A DNA stretch of 64,000 nucleotides from an uncultured virus (IMG/VR IMGVR_UViG_3300029305_012101). Lineage: Duplodnaviria; Heunggongvirae; Uroviricota; Caudoviricetes. Below, piece after piece: positions 27,039-35,147 of the stretch. The stretch lies in the IMG/VR virus record IMGVR_UViG_3300029305_012101. One strand, given 5' to 3'. Within the stretch, counting starts at the first letter, position 1. Every line of letters begins with the position of its first letter. The position numbers and the translations under genes are program-made. A model generated the notes under the pieces. It was not told the DNA's origin. It made no database searches and was given only the letters and a program-made list of their open reading frames with translations.

Positions 27039-29525
27039 ATGGCCGGAAAGATGTTTGAACAGATCATTGAAAAACTGAATCCCTACCATGGATCCGACGG
27101 CCGTTTTTCCACAGCGGAGGGCGCCGCATCCTTCACCTACAAGCCCGGCGCCAGCACCGCCCACGACAACGCCATCGCCCGGGAAAAAGAGCGCACCGGC
27201 AGCGCCAAGGGCTTCAAGGGCACCCTGTACCATGGCAGCCCCGCCACGGATATTGAGGAGTTCGACATGGGCCTGGCCGGCCGGAACACCTCCAGCGGCG
27301 AGAAACTGCTTTTTTTCACCGACAGCAAGCAGATGGCGGACGACTTCTCCTATGAGCGGCTGGATGGCTCCAGCAAGTTCATGCAGCGGAGAGGCAAAAA
27401 GGGCCGGGTCTACGAGGTGGACGTGGAGATCAAAAAGCCGCTGGATCTGCGGAATCTCAGCGAGAAGGATCTGTCCAACCTGATGAAACTGGACGTGGAC
27501 GGGATCCTGACCCGGGAGATCGCGGTGGAGCTCAGCGGCAAGAACAACCAGCTGCTGAAGACCTACCTGGATCTGACGGCGGAGAGCCTGATAGGCCTGG
27601 GCTACGATGGCCTGATCGCCCACACCGGCAAGGCCGGCCACAACTCCATCGAGTATGCGGTGGTGGACAGCAAGCAGGCCAGGATCCGCAAGGGCGTGGC
27701 CAAGAGCTTTGCTGAGATCCTGAAGGGCAACTCTGAGAAGCAGAAAAAAGCAAAGTCGCTCATTGAACGGTGGCAGGAGGACGACCATCCTATTCGTGCG
27801 GAGCGGTTAGATGTTCGCAAGTTTAACGATAACCACGATCCCAAAACCGGTCAATTTGCCCCCAAAGGCGGGGCCGGTGGTGCTGGATATGGCATCACAT
27901 CGGAGCAGCAGGAAAAATTGACATCATTGATCCAGAGCGGAGCCATTTTTTCAGCGGTCAAATATAAAAAAGAGATCGGCATGGACGATGATGAGTTCAA
28001 AAAACTCAAGGAGAGCATCCAGGGAAAAAAGGAAACAAAGCCGAAGGTCGAACCCAAGCCCCAAAAGAAACCGGAACTGTCGGATGAGTCCAAGGAGCGG
28101 ATCAGCCGCTTTCAAGCGGAAAGACAGGCAAAAATAGATGCGCTTGCGGAGGCCTGCGGTGTTGACCAGGAAAAGGCGAAGGAATACTTCGAGGCACTTG
28201 ATGGCTGGACCGGTGGCGATTATATCGGCGTTAGGGCGTTGCAGAGCGGCAGGATCTCCGATTATCCATACTACACCAGGGATGATATTGCAAAAACCAA
28301 GAAACAGGCCGAAGCTATCGAGGCCTTTATCAATGACGCACCTCCGTATGAAGGCACATTATACCGTGGAATTGGAGCCGATGTTTCTCAATTCAAAGTA
28401 GGCGGCCGCATTGACATGGGCGGCACTTCCTCTTGGAGCTCATCCAAGGATATGGCGGAGGACTTCGCCATGGGTGAGGGCGGCGGTCGGAATAGCGTCG
28501 TTTTGATCTCTACAAAGAAAATCAGCAAAGCGGCAGGTATCGAGTCCATCATGCAGACCGGCGAGGATGAGGTCCTTGTGTCGGAGAGCGTCAAATATGA
28601 TGTGAAAAAGATCATGCGGTCTGGCCGCATTGACTACGTTTATGTGGAAGAGGCGGCGGACACCATTGGAAAGTCCTTCGCCGAGATTCTGAAAGCCAAC
28701 CCCTACCATGACCCCAGCAACGGGAGATTCACGACCGGGCCCGGTGGCGGCGGTGCCTGGGCGGAGAGCATGGAGGCGGAGAAGGCCAGCGTGATGGCCA
28801 TGAAGCCGGCCAAGCGGGCGATGTATGTGCTGGATCACGACGGCGAGACCTACGACAACTGCGTGGCTGCCATGCAGAACGGCGAGACTGAGGCCCTAGT
28901 GAACAACTACTTCGCCGTGATGGCGGCAAACGGCGATCCCACACCCACCAAGCCCGTCAGCGATCAGCTGGATGGGCAGATCCGGCAGGATGTGGAAGGC
29001 AGCAAGAAGTACAGCGGCTATGAAGAGGCCAGGACGCAATACATAAAGGACATGAGCGGGCTGGACGATGACCAGGCCCAGGCCACCATGAAGGAGTTCC
29101 AGAAGTGGTTCGGCGGATCCTGGGATGACGCAGACACGGCCACGCTGGATAAGTACATTGAGGAGGATCATGCCTTTGAAGGCACGATGTACCGGGGAAT
29201 GAAGTTCGACCACGATGGTTTTGATGCCTTCATGAAGGACATCGGCCCCGGCGCTCAGATCCGCATGCAGCGCAACTCCAGCTGGTCCAGCGATGAGGAA
29301 GTGGCCAGGAGCTTCGGCGCTCACATCTACAACGATGTGGACACGGTCATGATCACCTGCGTGAAAAACAGGACATCGGCACCGGTGGCCCATCTCTCCA
29401 CCGCAGGCGAGTCCGAAGTGCTGGCCCACAGCAAGGCAAGCTGGACCGTGCTGCACAGCGAAGTGGTGCAGTGGCCCAGCGGCGCCAAGAAGGCATATCT
29501 GACAGTAGTGGAAACGGGGGAATGA
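27039..29525 (+). CDS. Polyprotein with three ADP-ribosyltransferase-like domains, each preceded by an NxxHD..GRF-type tag
   Basis: Domain 1 YHGS..F..FFT..VYEV..GYDG..EYAV (ART-PolyVal-like); domains 2 and 3 YRG..SSWSS..E-x-E (R-S-E clade). Confidence 0.8.
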   Translation: MAGKMFEQIIEKLNPYHGSDGRFSTAEGAASFTYKPGASTAHDNAIAREKERTGSAKGFKGTLYHGSPATDIEEFDMGLAGRNTSSGEKLLFFTDSKQMADDFSYERLDGSSKFMQRRGKKGRVYEVDVEIKKPLDLRNLSEKDLSNLMKLDVDGILTREIAVELSGKNNQLLKTYLDLTAESLIGLGYDGLIAHTGKAGHNSIEYAVVDSKQARIRKGVAKSFAEILKGNSEKQKKAKSLIERWQEDDHPIRAERLDVRKFNDNHDPKTGQFAPKGGAGGAGYGITSEQQEKLTSLIQSGAIFSAVKYKKEIGMDDDEFKKLKESIQGKKETKPKVEPKPQKKPELSDESKERISRFQAERQAKIDALAEACGVDQEKAKEYFEALDGWTGGDYIGVRALQSGRISDYPYYTRDDIAKTKKQAEAIEAFINDAPPYEGTLYRGIGADVSQFKVGGRIDMGGTSSWSSSKDMAEDFAMGEGGGRNSVVLISTKKISKAAGIESIMQTGEDEVLVSESVKYDVKKIMRSGRIDYVYVEEAADTIGKSFAEILKANPYHDPSNGRFTTGPGGGGAWAESMEAEKASVMAMKPAKRAMYVLDHDGETYDNCVAAMQNGETEALVNNYFAVMAANGDPTPTKPVSDQLDGQIRQDVEGSKKYSGYEEARTQYIKDMSGLDDDQAQATMKEFQKWFGGSWDDADTATLDKYIEEDHAFEGTMYRGMKFDHDGFDAFMKDIGPGAQIRMQRNSSWSSDEEVARSFGAHIYNDVDTVMITCVKNRTSAPVAHLSTAGESEVLAHSKASWTVLHSEVVQWPSGAKKAYLTVVETGE

Positions 29526-29526
29526 G

Positions 29527-32259
29527 ATGAGCATTCGTGAACAGTGGAAAAGTGAAAAAGCTTCTGATTGGAGCGTGACGCCTTCCAAGGTGAAGCTGCA
29601 GCCCATCAAGCGGATAGAACCGGTGGCCAAAACCTTCAGTGAGATCCTGGAGAAGGCCAATCCCTACCATGATGAACTGGGGCGGTTTGCTACGGCTCCC
29701 GGTGGTGGCGGAGGCGGCGCCGTGGGCAAAAACGGCGTGACCACGGAAGAGCAGGATGCGGCCTACATGGCGGCTATCGAGTCCGGCGATCTGGAGACCG
29801 CGCAGCAGATGGTGCTGGATACGGCCAAAGCGGTGGGCGCGAAGACCTTCGCCAATCCCGACACCACGGCCTACAGCATCCGCCGAGGCCCGGAGCCGAA
29901 AACCACGGTGACGGTCTACAAGACCTTTTTCGTGGATGAGAACGGCAACCCCTCCGCCCTCTTTGTGGAGGGTACGGAGCGGCTGCCTGTGGACGTATGG
30001 CTGGACGCCAAGGACGCCTACCACTTCCAGGCGGACAACGGGAAAATGTACACCCCCTCCCGGAAGAATCCCAATTCCGGCGGCAGCGGAAAGACCGGCG
30101 CCAACATCAAGATCCCCAACGACCAGGTGCGTCAGGAGCTGATCGACCAGGGCTTCCTGCCCGAAGGTTCCACAGCCAAGGACGTGACTGCGCTGGCATA
30201 CCGGCCGGGCTGGCATGCCGGAGATCTCCCCTTCTTCCCCCAGGGTGGCAAGCAGGGCAACCCGGAGCTGACCGAGAGCGGCAAGCCCAACAAGCGCTAT
30301 GACCCCAGCAAGCCCGCTACCAACTACCAGAACATCCACCGATGGAACCAGGTCGTTTTCGAGTGCGAGATGGCGGCAGACGTTGACTACACCAAGAGCT
30401 CTACGGTGAAGTCCGGCCCCCACAAGGGCAAGACCAAGTACACCGACATGCAGCAGATGCCCAGCGACGGCTATTACAAGTTTGCGACAAATCCCATGAC
30501 CAACGCCAACGAGCTGGGCACCTGGTACATCTCCGGCTCTCTGAGGATCAAGCGGGCCCTGACCCAGCAGGAGTGCGACGACATCCTGGGCAAGAACGGT
30601 TTTAAGCCCCAGGAATGGGAAGGCGGGAAGCTGGACCTGGGCAAGCTGGGCTACAATCCCAACAAGACGGACCGGGGCACAAAGCTGCTGGATCCGGTGA
30701 CATACGACGACAGCGGCAAGGTGATCCCCCTGTCCCAGCGCTTCGACAGCAGCAGCGACGATGTCAGAAAATCCGACGACGACGGCCTCTGCACCATCTA
30801 CAAGACAGACGAGGACAAGCGGCTGGTATTCGGCTGGGCGTCCATCTCCATGACGGTGGATGGTGAGCAGCTGGTGGACCGGCAGCACGACATGATCGAC
30901 CCGGAGGATCTGGAGGAGGCCGTCTATGAGTATGTGCTGAATTTCCGGGACATGGGCGAGGAGCACGTTCCCTCCCTGCGGAAGAAGGGCAAACTGGTGG
31001 AAAGCTGCGTCCTGACAGAGGAGAAGCAGCGGGCCATGGGCATCCCGCCCGGCATCCTGCCCGTGGGCTGGTGGATCGGCTTCAAGATCGAGGACGACGA
31101 GGCCTGGGAGAAGGTGAAAAACGGCACCTACAAGATGTTCTCCATCGAGGGCAAGGCCAACCGGGTGCCGGTGGAGAAACGGGATGCCAAAAAAGACTAT
31201 GACGCTTACCCTGAGTATGGCATGTGGTTGGAGGAGAATCTGGACGCCACTATGGATGAGCAGAAGGCAGCCAAGAAGCACTACTTCAGCAGATCCAGAG
31301 AAGAAAACCGAGAGGCGAACAGGAGGTATTGGTCAGTGGGAAAGACCTTTGAAAACAGCACACGATTTGAGCAGATCATGGAGATCGGAAAATCCGATCA
31401 CATCGACCGGATTGTGGAGATCGAGAAGTTCAACGACAGGCACGATCCGGCAACCGGCCGTTTTGCCCCCAAGGGCACCGGCGTAGGATCAGCCAGCGGC
31501 GGCGCAGGCAAGGCCATCATCACCAGCGGCAAGGTCAGCGAAAAGAATGTGGCGAAGCATGTGGAAAAGGTCCGCAAAGCCGTTGGCAACAGTTATGACC
31601 CGATCACGAAGGAAGATGCGAATCTGGACAAGATCAAGGAGCGCGGCGGCTGCACCGATGCGGAAGCGAAAAAGTGCGCGGAGCTGGCCGATGGTGTATT
31701 TGCGAAAGCTGCGGCAGCTGAGCCCCAGATCACAAAGGACGTGGTTGGTCTGGTGGCCGACAATGGCGGCAAGATGTACGGCCTCGCACACCGCATGAAG
31801 CAGCCCAGCTCCATGGGCGGCAAGATCGCAGCGGATTCCAAAACCGATAACGTCAGTTTCGAGGAAGCAGCGGCAGCCATCAAGGATTCTGTGCGATATA
31901 CCGCAATTTTTGAGGATGGCGGATTTGTTTCCGGCTACAACAACGTCAAGAAGAGCCTGGAAAGCCAGGGCTACAAAGAGGTACGCTGCAAAAACTTCTT
32001 CCAGAAGTATGAGGACGGCACCTCCTGCCAGAAGGCTGTTCAGTGCGTTTACAAGAACAAGGATGGCCTGAGCTTTGAGCTGCAGTTCCACACCTATTCC
32101 ACCCAAGGCGCCAAAGAGGTGAATCATCCCTTCTATGAAGAGCAGCGGGCAGTCGGCACAACGAAGAGACGCTTTGACAAGCTGAACGCAGCGATGACGC
32201 AGATCTCCTCTTATTCCGCGGTGCCGGACGGTGTGTTGGATATCAAATCTCACCCTTGA
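29527..32259 (+). CDS. Polyprotein: polyvalent-protein domain + XkdF-like prohead serine protease + RelA/SpoT-like synthetase
   Basis: Protease about 30790-31170 (KRLVFGWAS..D..D..GEEH..LVES..GWWIGFKI..FSIEG); synthetase about 31700-32259 (HRMK..S..K..IKDSVRYT..KN..FELQFHT..H..YE). Confidence 0.82.
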   Translation: MSIREQWKSEKASDWSVTPSKVKLQPIKRIEPVAKTFSEILEKANPYHDELGRFATAPGGGGGGAVGKNGVTTEEQDAAYMAAIESGDLETAQQMVLDTAKAVGAKTFANPDTTAYSIRRGPEPKTTVTVYKTFFVDENGNPSALFVEGTERLPVDVWLDAKDAYHFQADNGKMYTPSRKNPNSGGSGKTGANIKIPNDQVRQELIDQGFLPEGSTAKDVTALAYRPGWHAGDLPFFPQGGKQGNPELTESGKPNKRYDPSKPATNYQNIHRWNQVVFECEMAADVDYTKSSTVKSGPHKGKTKYTDMQQMPSDGYYKFATNPMTNANELGTWYISGSLRIKRALTQQECDDILGKNGFKPQEWEGGKLDLGKLGYNPNKTDRGTKLLDPVTYDDSGKVIPLSQRFDSSSDDVRKSDDDGLCTIYKTDEDKRLVFGWASISMTVDGEQLVDRQHDMIDPEDLEEAVYEYVLNFRDMGEEHVPSLRKKGKLVESCVLTEEKQRAMGIPPGILPVGWWIGFKIEDDEAWEKVKNGTYKMFSIEGKANRVPVEKRDAKKDYDAYPEYGMWLEENLDATMDEQKAAKKHYFSRSREENREANRRYWSVGKTFENSTRFEQIMEIGKSDHIDRIVEIEKFNDRHDPATGRFAPKGTGVGSASGGAGKAIITSGKVSEKNVAKHVEKVRKAVGNSYDPITKEDANLDKIKERGGCTDAEAKKCAELADGVFAKAAAAEPQITKDVVGLVADNGGKMYGLAHRMKQPSSMGGKIAADSKTDNVSFEEAAAAIKDSVRYTAIFEDGGFVSGYNNVKKSLESQGYKEVRCKNFFQKYEDGTSCQKAVQCVYKNKDGLSFELQFHTYSTQGAKEVNHPFYEEQRAVGTTKRRFDKLNAAMTQISSYSAVPDGVLDIKSHP

Positions 32260-32284
32260 CAAACTACGATAAGCGTAGTAAAAT
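32256..32284 (+). promoter_or_regulatory. SigmaA promoter for the downstream immunity-like genes
   Basis: TTGACA(32256)-17 nt-TAAAAT(32279) with palindrome ACTACG-N5-CGTAGT in the spacer. Confidence 0.75.
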
Positions 32285-32317
32285 AACAATGCGGGGTGTG
32301 CCCCGGAAAGCGAGGTT

Positions 32318-32539
32318 ATGACGATGAGCACGAAGAATCGCTACTATGTCTATCGGGACGAGGCCGGAAAGGTGCGTCGCCTGGCGATGATCGGAACCGT
32401 GAAGGGCGAGTTCTGCGCCTATGGTTACGAGAGCGGCGGCTGGGTGGCTATGCCTGCCCTGTTCAAGATCGAGTGGGAAGTGACTGACTACGACGAGATC
32501 ACCGAGGCTGAGGCCAAGAAGATTATGGAGGAGATTTGA
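32318..32539 (+). CDS. Putative immunity protein for the alarmone synthetase
   Basis: 73 aa directly after synthetase; ends YDEITEAEAKKIME. Confidence 0.6.
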   Translation: MTMSTKNRYYVYRDEAGKVRRLAMIGTVKGEFCAYGYESGGWVAMPALFKIEWEVTDYDEITEAEAKKIMEEI

Positions 32540-32540
32540 C

Positions 32541-32963
32541 GTGGGACATGATGTTTTGAGCGCGGCGCTGCGGATTGCGATTTATGCCCATGACGGACAG
32601 GTGGACCGGGCGGGAAAGCCCTATATCTTCCACCCCCTGACGGTGGCCACCATGACCGACAGCTTCGATGCGTTCATTACCGCCATTCTCCACGACGTAC
32701 TGGAGGACTCCGACGTTACGGCTGGTGATCTGTTGGCCGCAGGGATCCCGGATCACATTGTGGAGGCGTTGGCGTTCCTGACCCATGACAAGGACGAGCC
32801 CTACATGGCCTATGTGGAGAAGATCAAGAGTAACGATCTGGCCCGGGCTGTGAAGTTGGCCGACCTGAAGCATAACAGTGACCTGAGCCGGCTTCCCGTC
32901 GTGACGGAGAAGGACCGGTATCGGGCGGAGAAGTACAAGCGGGCCATGGCTCTGCTGGCCTGA
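32541..32963 (+). CDS. HD-domain small alarmone hydrolase (Mesh1/SAH-like)
   Basis: AHDGQVDRAGKPYIFHP, AILHDVLED, VKLADLKHNSD. Confidence 0.88.
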   Translation: MGHDVLSAALRIAIYAHDGQVDRAGKPYIFHPLTVATMTDSFDAFITAILHDVLEDSDVTAGDLLAAGIPDHIVEALAFLTHDKDEPYMAYVEKIKSNDLARAVKLADLKHNSDLSRLPVVTEKDRYRAEKYKRAMALLA

Positions 32964-32978
32964 TGCTGGAGGGATTGC

Positions 32979-33701
32979 ATGAGAACAAAACTGAAAAAGC
33001 TGTTTTTGAGCAGCGTTGATACCGTGCGGGCGGGGGCCAACCAGGAGGCCGACATCTGCCTTTTCAAGAGCGCGGATGGTGCGGAAGCTCCGGCGCAGGA
33101 GATCCCCATCGACGACGGCACGTTTCTGACATATTCCGACGCCCTGGCCAAGTCGATCCTGAGCATCCAAGGGGATGAGACCCTGGACGAGGCGGCAAAG
33201 GCGGACATGATCCAGAAGAGCTTCGAGCAGTTCAATGAGGCTGTGGAGAAGATCAACCATTATCACGATGAGCTGGGCCGGTTCACAACGGCCAGCGGCG
33301 GCATCGCCCACGCCACCGTGCAGAACGAGGGCAGCACCACCAACCTGCGTCACGGCACCAGCCCCAAGGGCGGCTATATGCTGGTGACGAAGGAGGACGC
33401 TGCCCGCGCTCAGCAGGTCTCCGTCAACAAATACTGGAGCAAGGACAAAAAGCGCAAGGAGATCCGCAAGGCCCTGGACGACTTCAAGGAGAAGAACAAG
33501 GACATCCTGGTGGATGGCGGCGACAACGGGAAGTTCCTGGGCACCTGGTTCGACAAGAAGAGCGGGACCCTTTGGCTGGACGTGTCCACCAACTTCACCG
33601 ACAAGAAGGCAGCCATCAAGGCCGCCAACGATGCCGGCGAGATCGCCATCTGGGACGTGAAGGCCGGCGGAGAGATCCGCCTGCGGGATACGCATGCGTA
33701 A
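32979..33701 (+). CDS. Scaffold/protease-associated N-terminus + tag + unknown effector domain
   Basis: LSSVDTVRAGANQEADICLFKS N-terminus; EKINHYHDELGRF; GST...GGYML...GTWFD..G.LWLDVS...IAIWD. Confidence 0.6.
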   Translation: MRTKLKKLFLSSVDTVRAGANQEADICLFKSADGAEAPAQEIPIDDGTFLTYSDALAKSILSIQGDETLDEAAKADMIQKSFEQFNEAVEKINHYHDELGRFTTASGGIAHATVQNEGSTTNLRHGTSPKGGYMLVTKEDAARAQQVSVNKYWSKDKKRKEIRKALDDFKEKNKDILVDGGDNGKFLGTWFDKKSGTLWLDVSTNFTDKKAAIKAANDAGEIAIWDVKAGGEIRLRDTHA

Positions 33702-33714
33702 GGAGGAAAGACGT

Positions 33715-33840
33715 ATGAGCAAGAAGTTTATCGGTTATTCCAACGATGTGGACGAGATCATGGACATGCTGGAGGAGGCCGGCGCCTTCGATGAGGAAGA
33801 GGGCGCAGAGGATCAGATCCAGGAGAAAGAGGAGAGCTGA
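33715..33840 (+). CDS. Small acidic protein (41 aa; possible immunity; not in ORF track)
   Basis: TAAGGAGG RBS; MSKKFIGYSNDVDEIMDMLEEAGAFDEEEGAEDQIQEKEES. Confidence 0.65.
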   Translation: MSKKFIGYSNDVDEIMDMLEEAGAFDEEEGAEDQIQEKEES

Positions 33841-33842
33841 TC

Positions 33843-34727
33843 ATGGATCGGTTCGATCAGATCGTCCATAAAGCCAGGTTTGACCGCATTGTGGAGATCG
33901 GGAAGGCCAACCCCTACCATGATCCGAAAACCGGCCGGTTCACTACGGCAAACGGCGGCGGAGCCGGCGGGATCTCCTTTTCCGCTGCTTCCACCAAGGC
34001 GGAGGCAAGAGAGTACGCAAGGACGCAGCTTGGCTTTTCCGGCACGGTGGACTACAGTTATTCCTACATCGATCAGAAGACGGTGCAGCAGGTTTTCGGT
34101 GAGCTGGATCTGGAGACGGTCAACCATGTGAACAAGACCATCACAGAGATTCAGGAGCGCTACCCGGAGCTGAAGGGCGCCGTGACAAACTTGGGCGTCA
34201 GCACCAGGAGTGTTTATGCAGAGGTTGTGTACAGCGGCCGGGACGGCAGCGCCAGCCTGATGATCGGTGCCAAGGCATACGGGAAAGGCCTGCAGTCGGT
34301 ATACGACAGCTACGCCGAGGACGTGGATCTTGGCTATCATCCCAAGGGCACCACGGGCGACGCCATTTTGTGGCATGAATACGGCCATGTGTATGCCGGC
34401 ATCGGCAATGAGAAGGCCTGCGGATCGATGCTGAACGTCAGAAACAAGATGAGCGCGATCCACAACAACGTGGCTGAAAACGAGTGGCGAAACACAGCCA
34501 TCAGCAAGATGCTTTCTGACAGTAAGTTGAAGGCGGAACACGACATGCTGGGGCTGGAGTTCTCTGCCCAGGCGCTTTCCGCCAGTTTCAACAGGAAGGT
34601 CAGCGGCTACGCGACGAAAGACAATGGTGAGCTGTTTGCTGAGGCATTCGCAGCCCACAACACCGGAAACGGCAACCGATGGACCGACGCCCTGATGGAG
34701 GCGGCGGGCGCAGACAGGAGGAAATGA
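33843..34727 (+). CDS. Tagged zincin metallopeptidase
   Basis: EIGKANPYHDPKTGRF tag; HEYGH; VSGYA...ELFAEAF. Confidence 0.8.
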   Translation: MDRFDQIVHKARFDRIVEIGKANPYHDPKTGRFTTANGGGAGGISFSAASTKAEAREYARTQLGFSGTVDYSYSYIDQKTVQQVFGELDLETVNHVNKTITEIQERYPELKGAVTNLGVSTRSVYAEVVYSGRDGSASLMIGAKAYGKGLQSVYDSYAEDVDLGYHPKGTTGDAILWHEYGHVYAGIGNEKACGSMLNVRNKMSAIHNNVAENEWRNTAISKMLSDSKLKAEHDMLGLEFSAQALSASFNRKVSGYATKDNGELFAEAFAAHNTGNGNRWTDALMEAAGADRRK

Positions 34728-34731
34728 AACC

Positions 34732-34878
34732 ATGGTCATGATCCCCGATATTCTGAAAAAGCGCAGGGATGAATGGGCATTCTCCGAAGAGGAACCCTGG
34801 AAGCCCGAGGCGAAGGACAACGCTTCCGACGAAGTGAAGAAAGCCATTGAGGAGTTTTTGGCTGAGGCCAAAGGTTAA
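34732..34878 (+). CDS. Small protein (48 aa; possible peptidase immunity; not in ORF track)
   Basis: MVMIPDILKKRRDEWAFSEEEPWKPEAKDNASDEVKKAIEEF; AGGAGG upstream. Confidence 0.6.
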   Translation: MVMIPDILKKRRDEWAFSEEEPWKPEAKDNASDEVKKAIEEFLAEAKG

Positions 34879-34894
34879 TATGTGAGATCCATTT

Positions 34895-34925
34895 GGGAGG
34901 GACATTCGTGTCCCTCCCTTTTTTT
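34895..34925 (+). terminator. Rho-independent terminator closing the cargo locus
   Basis: GGGAGGGACA-TTCG-TGTCCCTCCC then T7. Confidence 0.85.
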
Positions 34926-35047
34926 ATGCACAGGGCTCCCGCCGGAACCCAGTGAAACGGTTCCGGTGGGAAGAGGAGGCGTAATGGCGTGAGCGAATTT
35001 TCGCCGGAAAGGCGGAAATAAGTGATACAAAATTTACGCCGACGAAG

Positions 35048-35082
35048 GTGCAACCTAAGAAATTACTGTGTGGTCATATAAT
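35048..35082 (+). promoter_or_regulatory. Putative late promoter 3 (GTGCAACC-N21-TATAAT)
   Basis: Shared motif; precedes scaffold/capsid. Confidence 0.7.
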
Positions 35083-35147
35083 GATTTTATGAGAATTCCC
35101 ATTCTCAGCGGCCAAAGGCCAACAACACACAGAAAGGAAAGATCCGC

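Noticed and set aside
29353..31281. 642-aa minus-strand ORF in the cargo locus
   Set aside because: Antisense shadow; no recognisable domain.
27069..33941. Tag repeats as CRISPR array, intein or DNA-level repeat
   Set aside because: Conservation is at protein level with synonymous variation and kb-scale irregular spacing; no intein C/S...HN termini.
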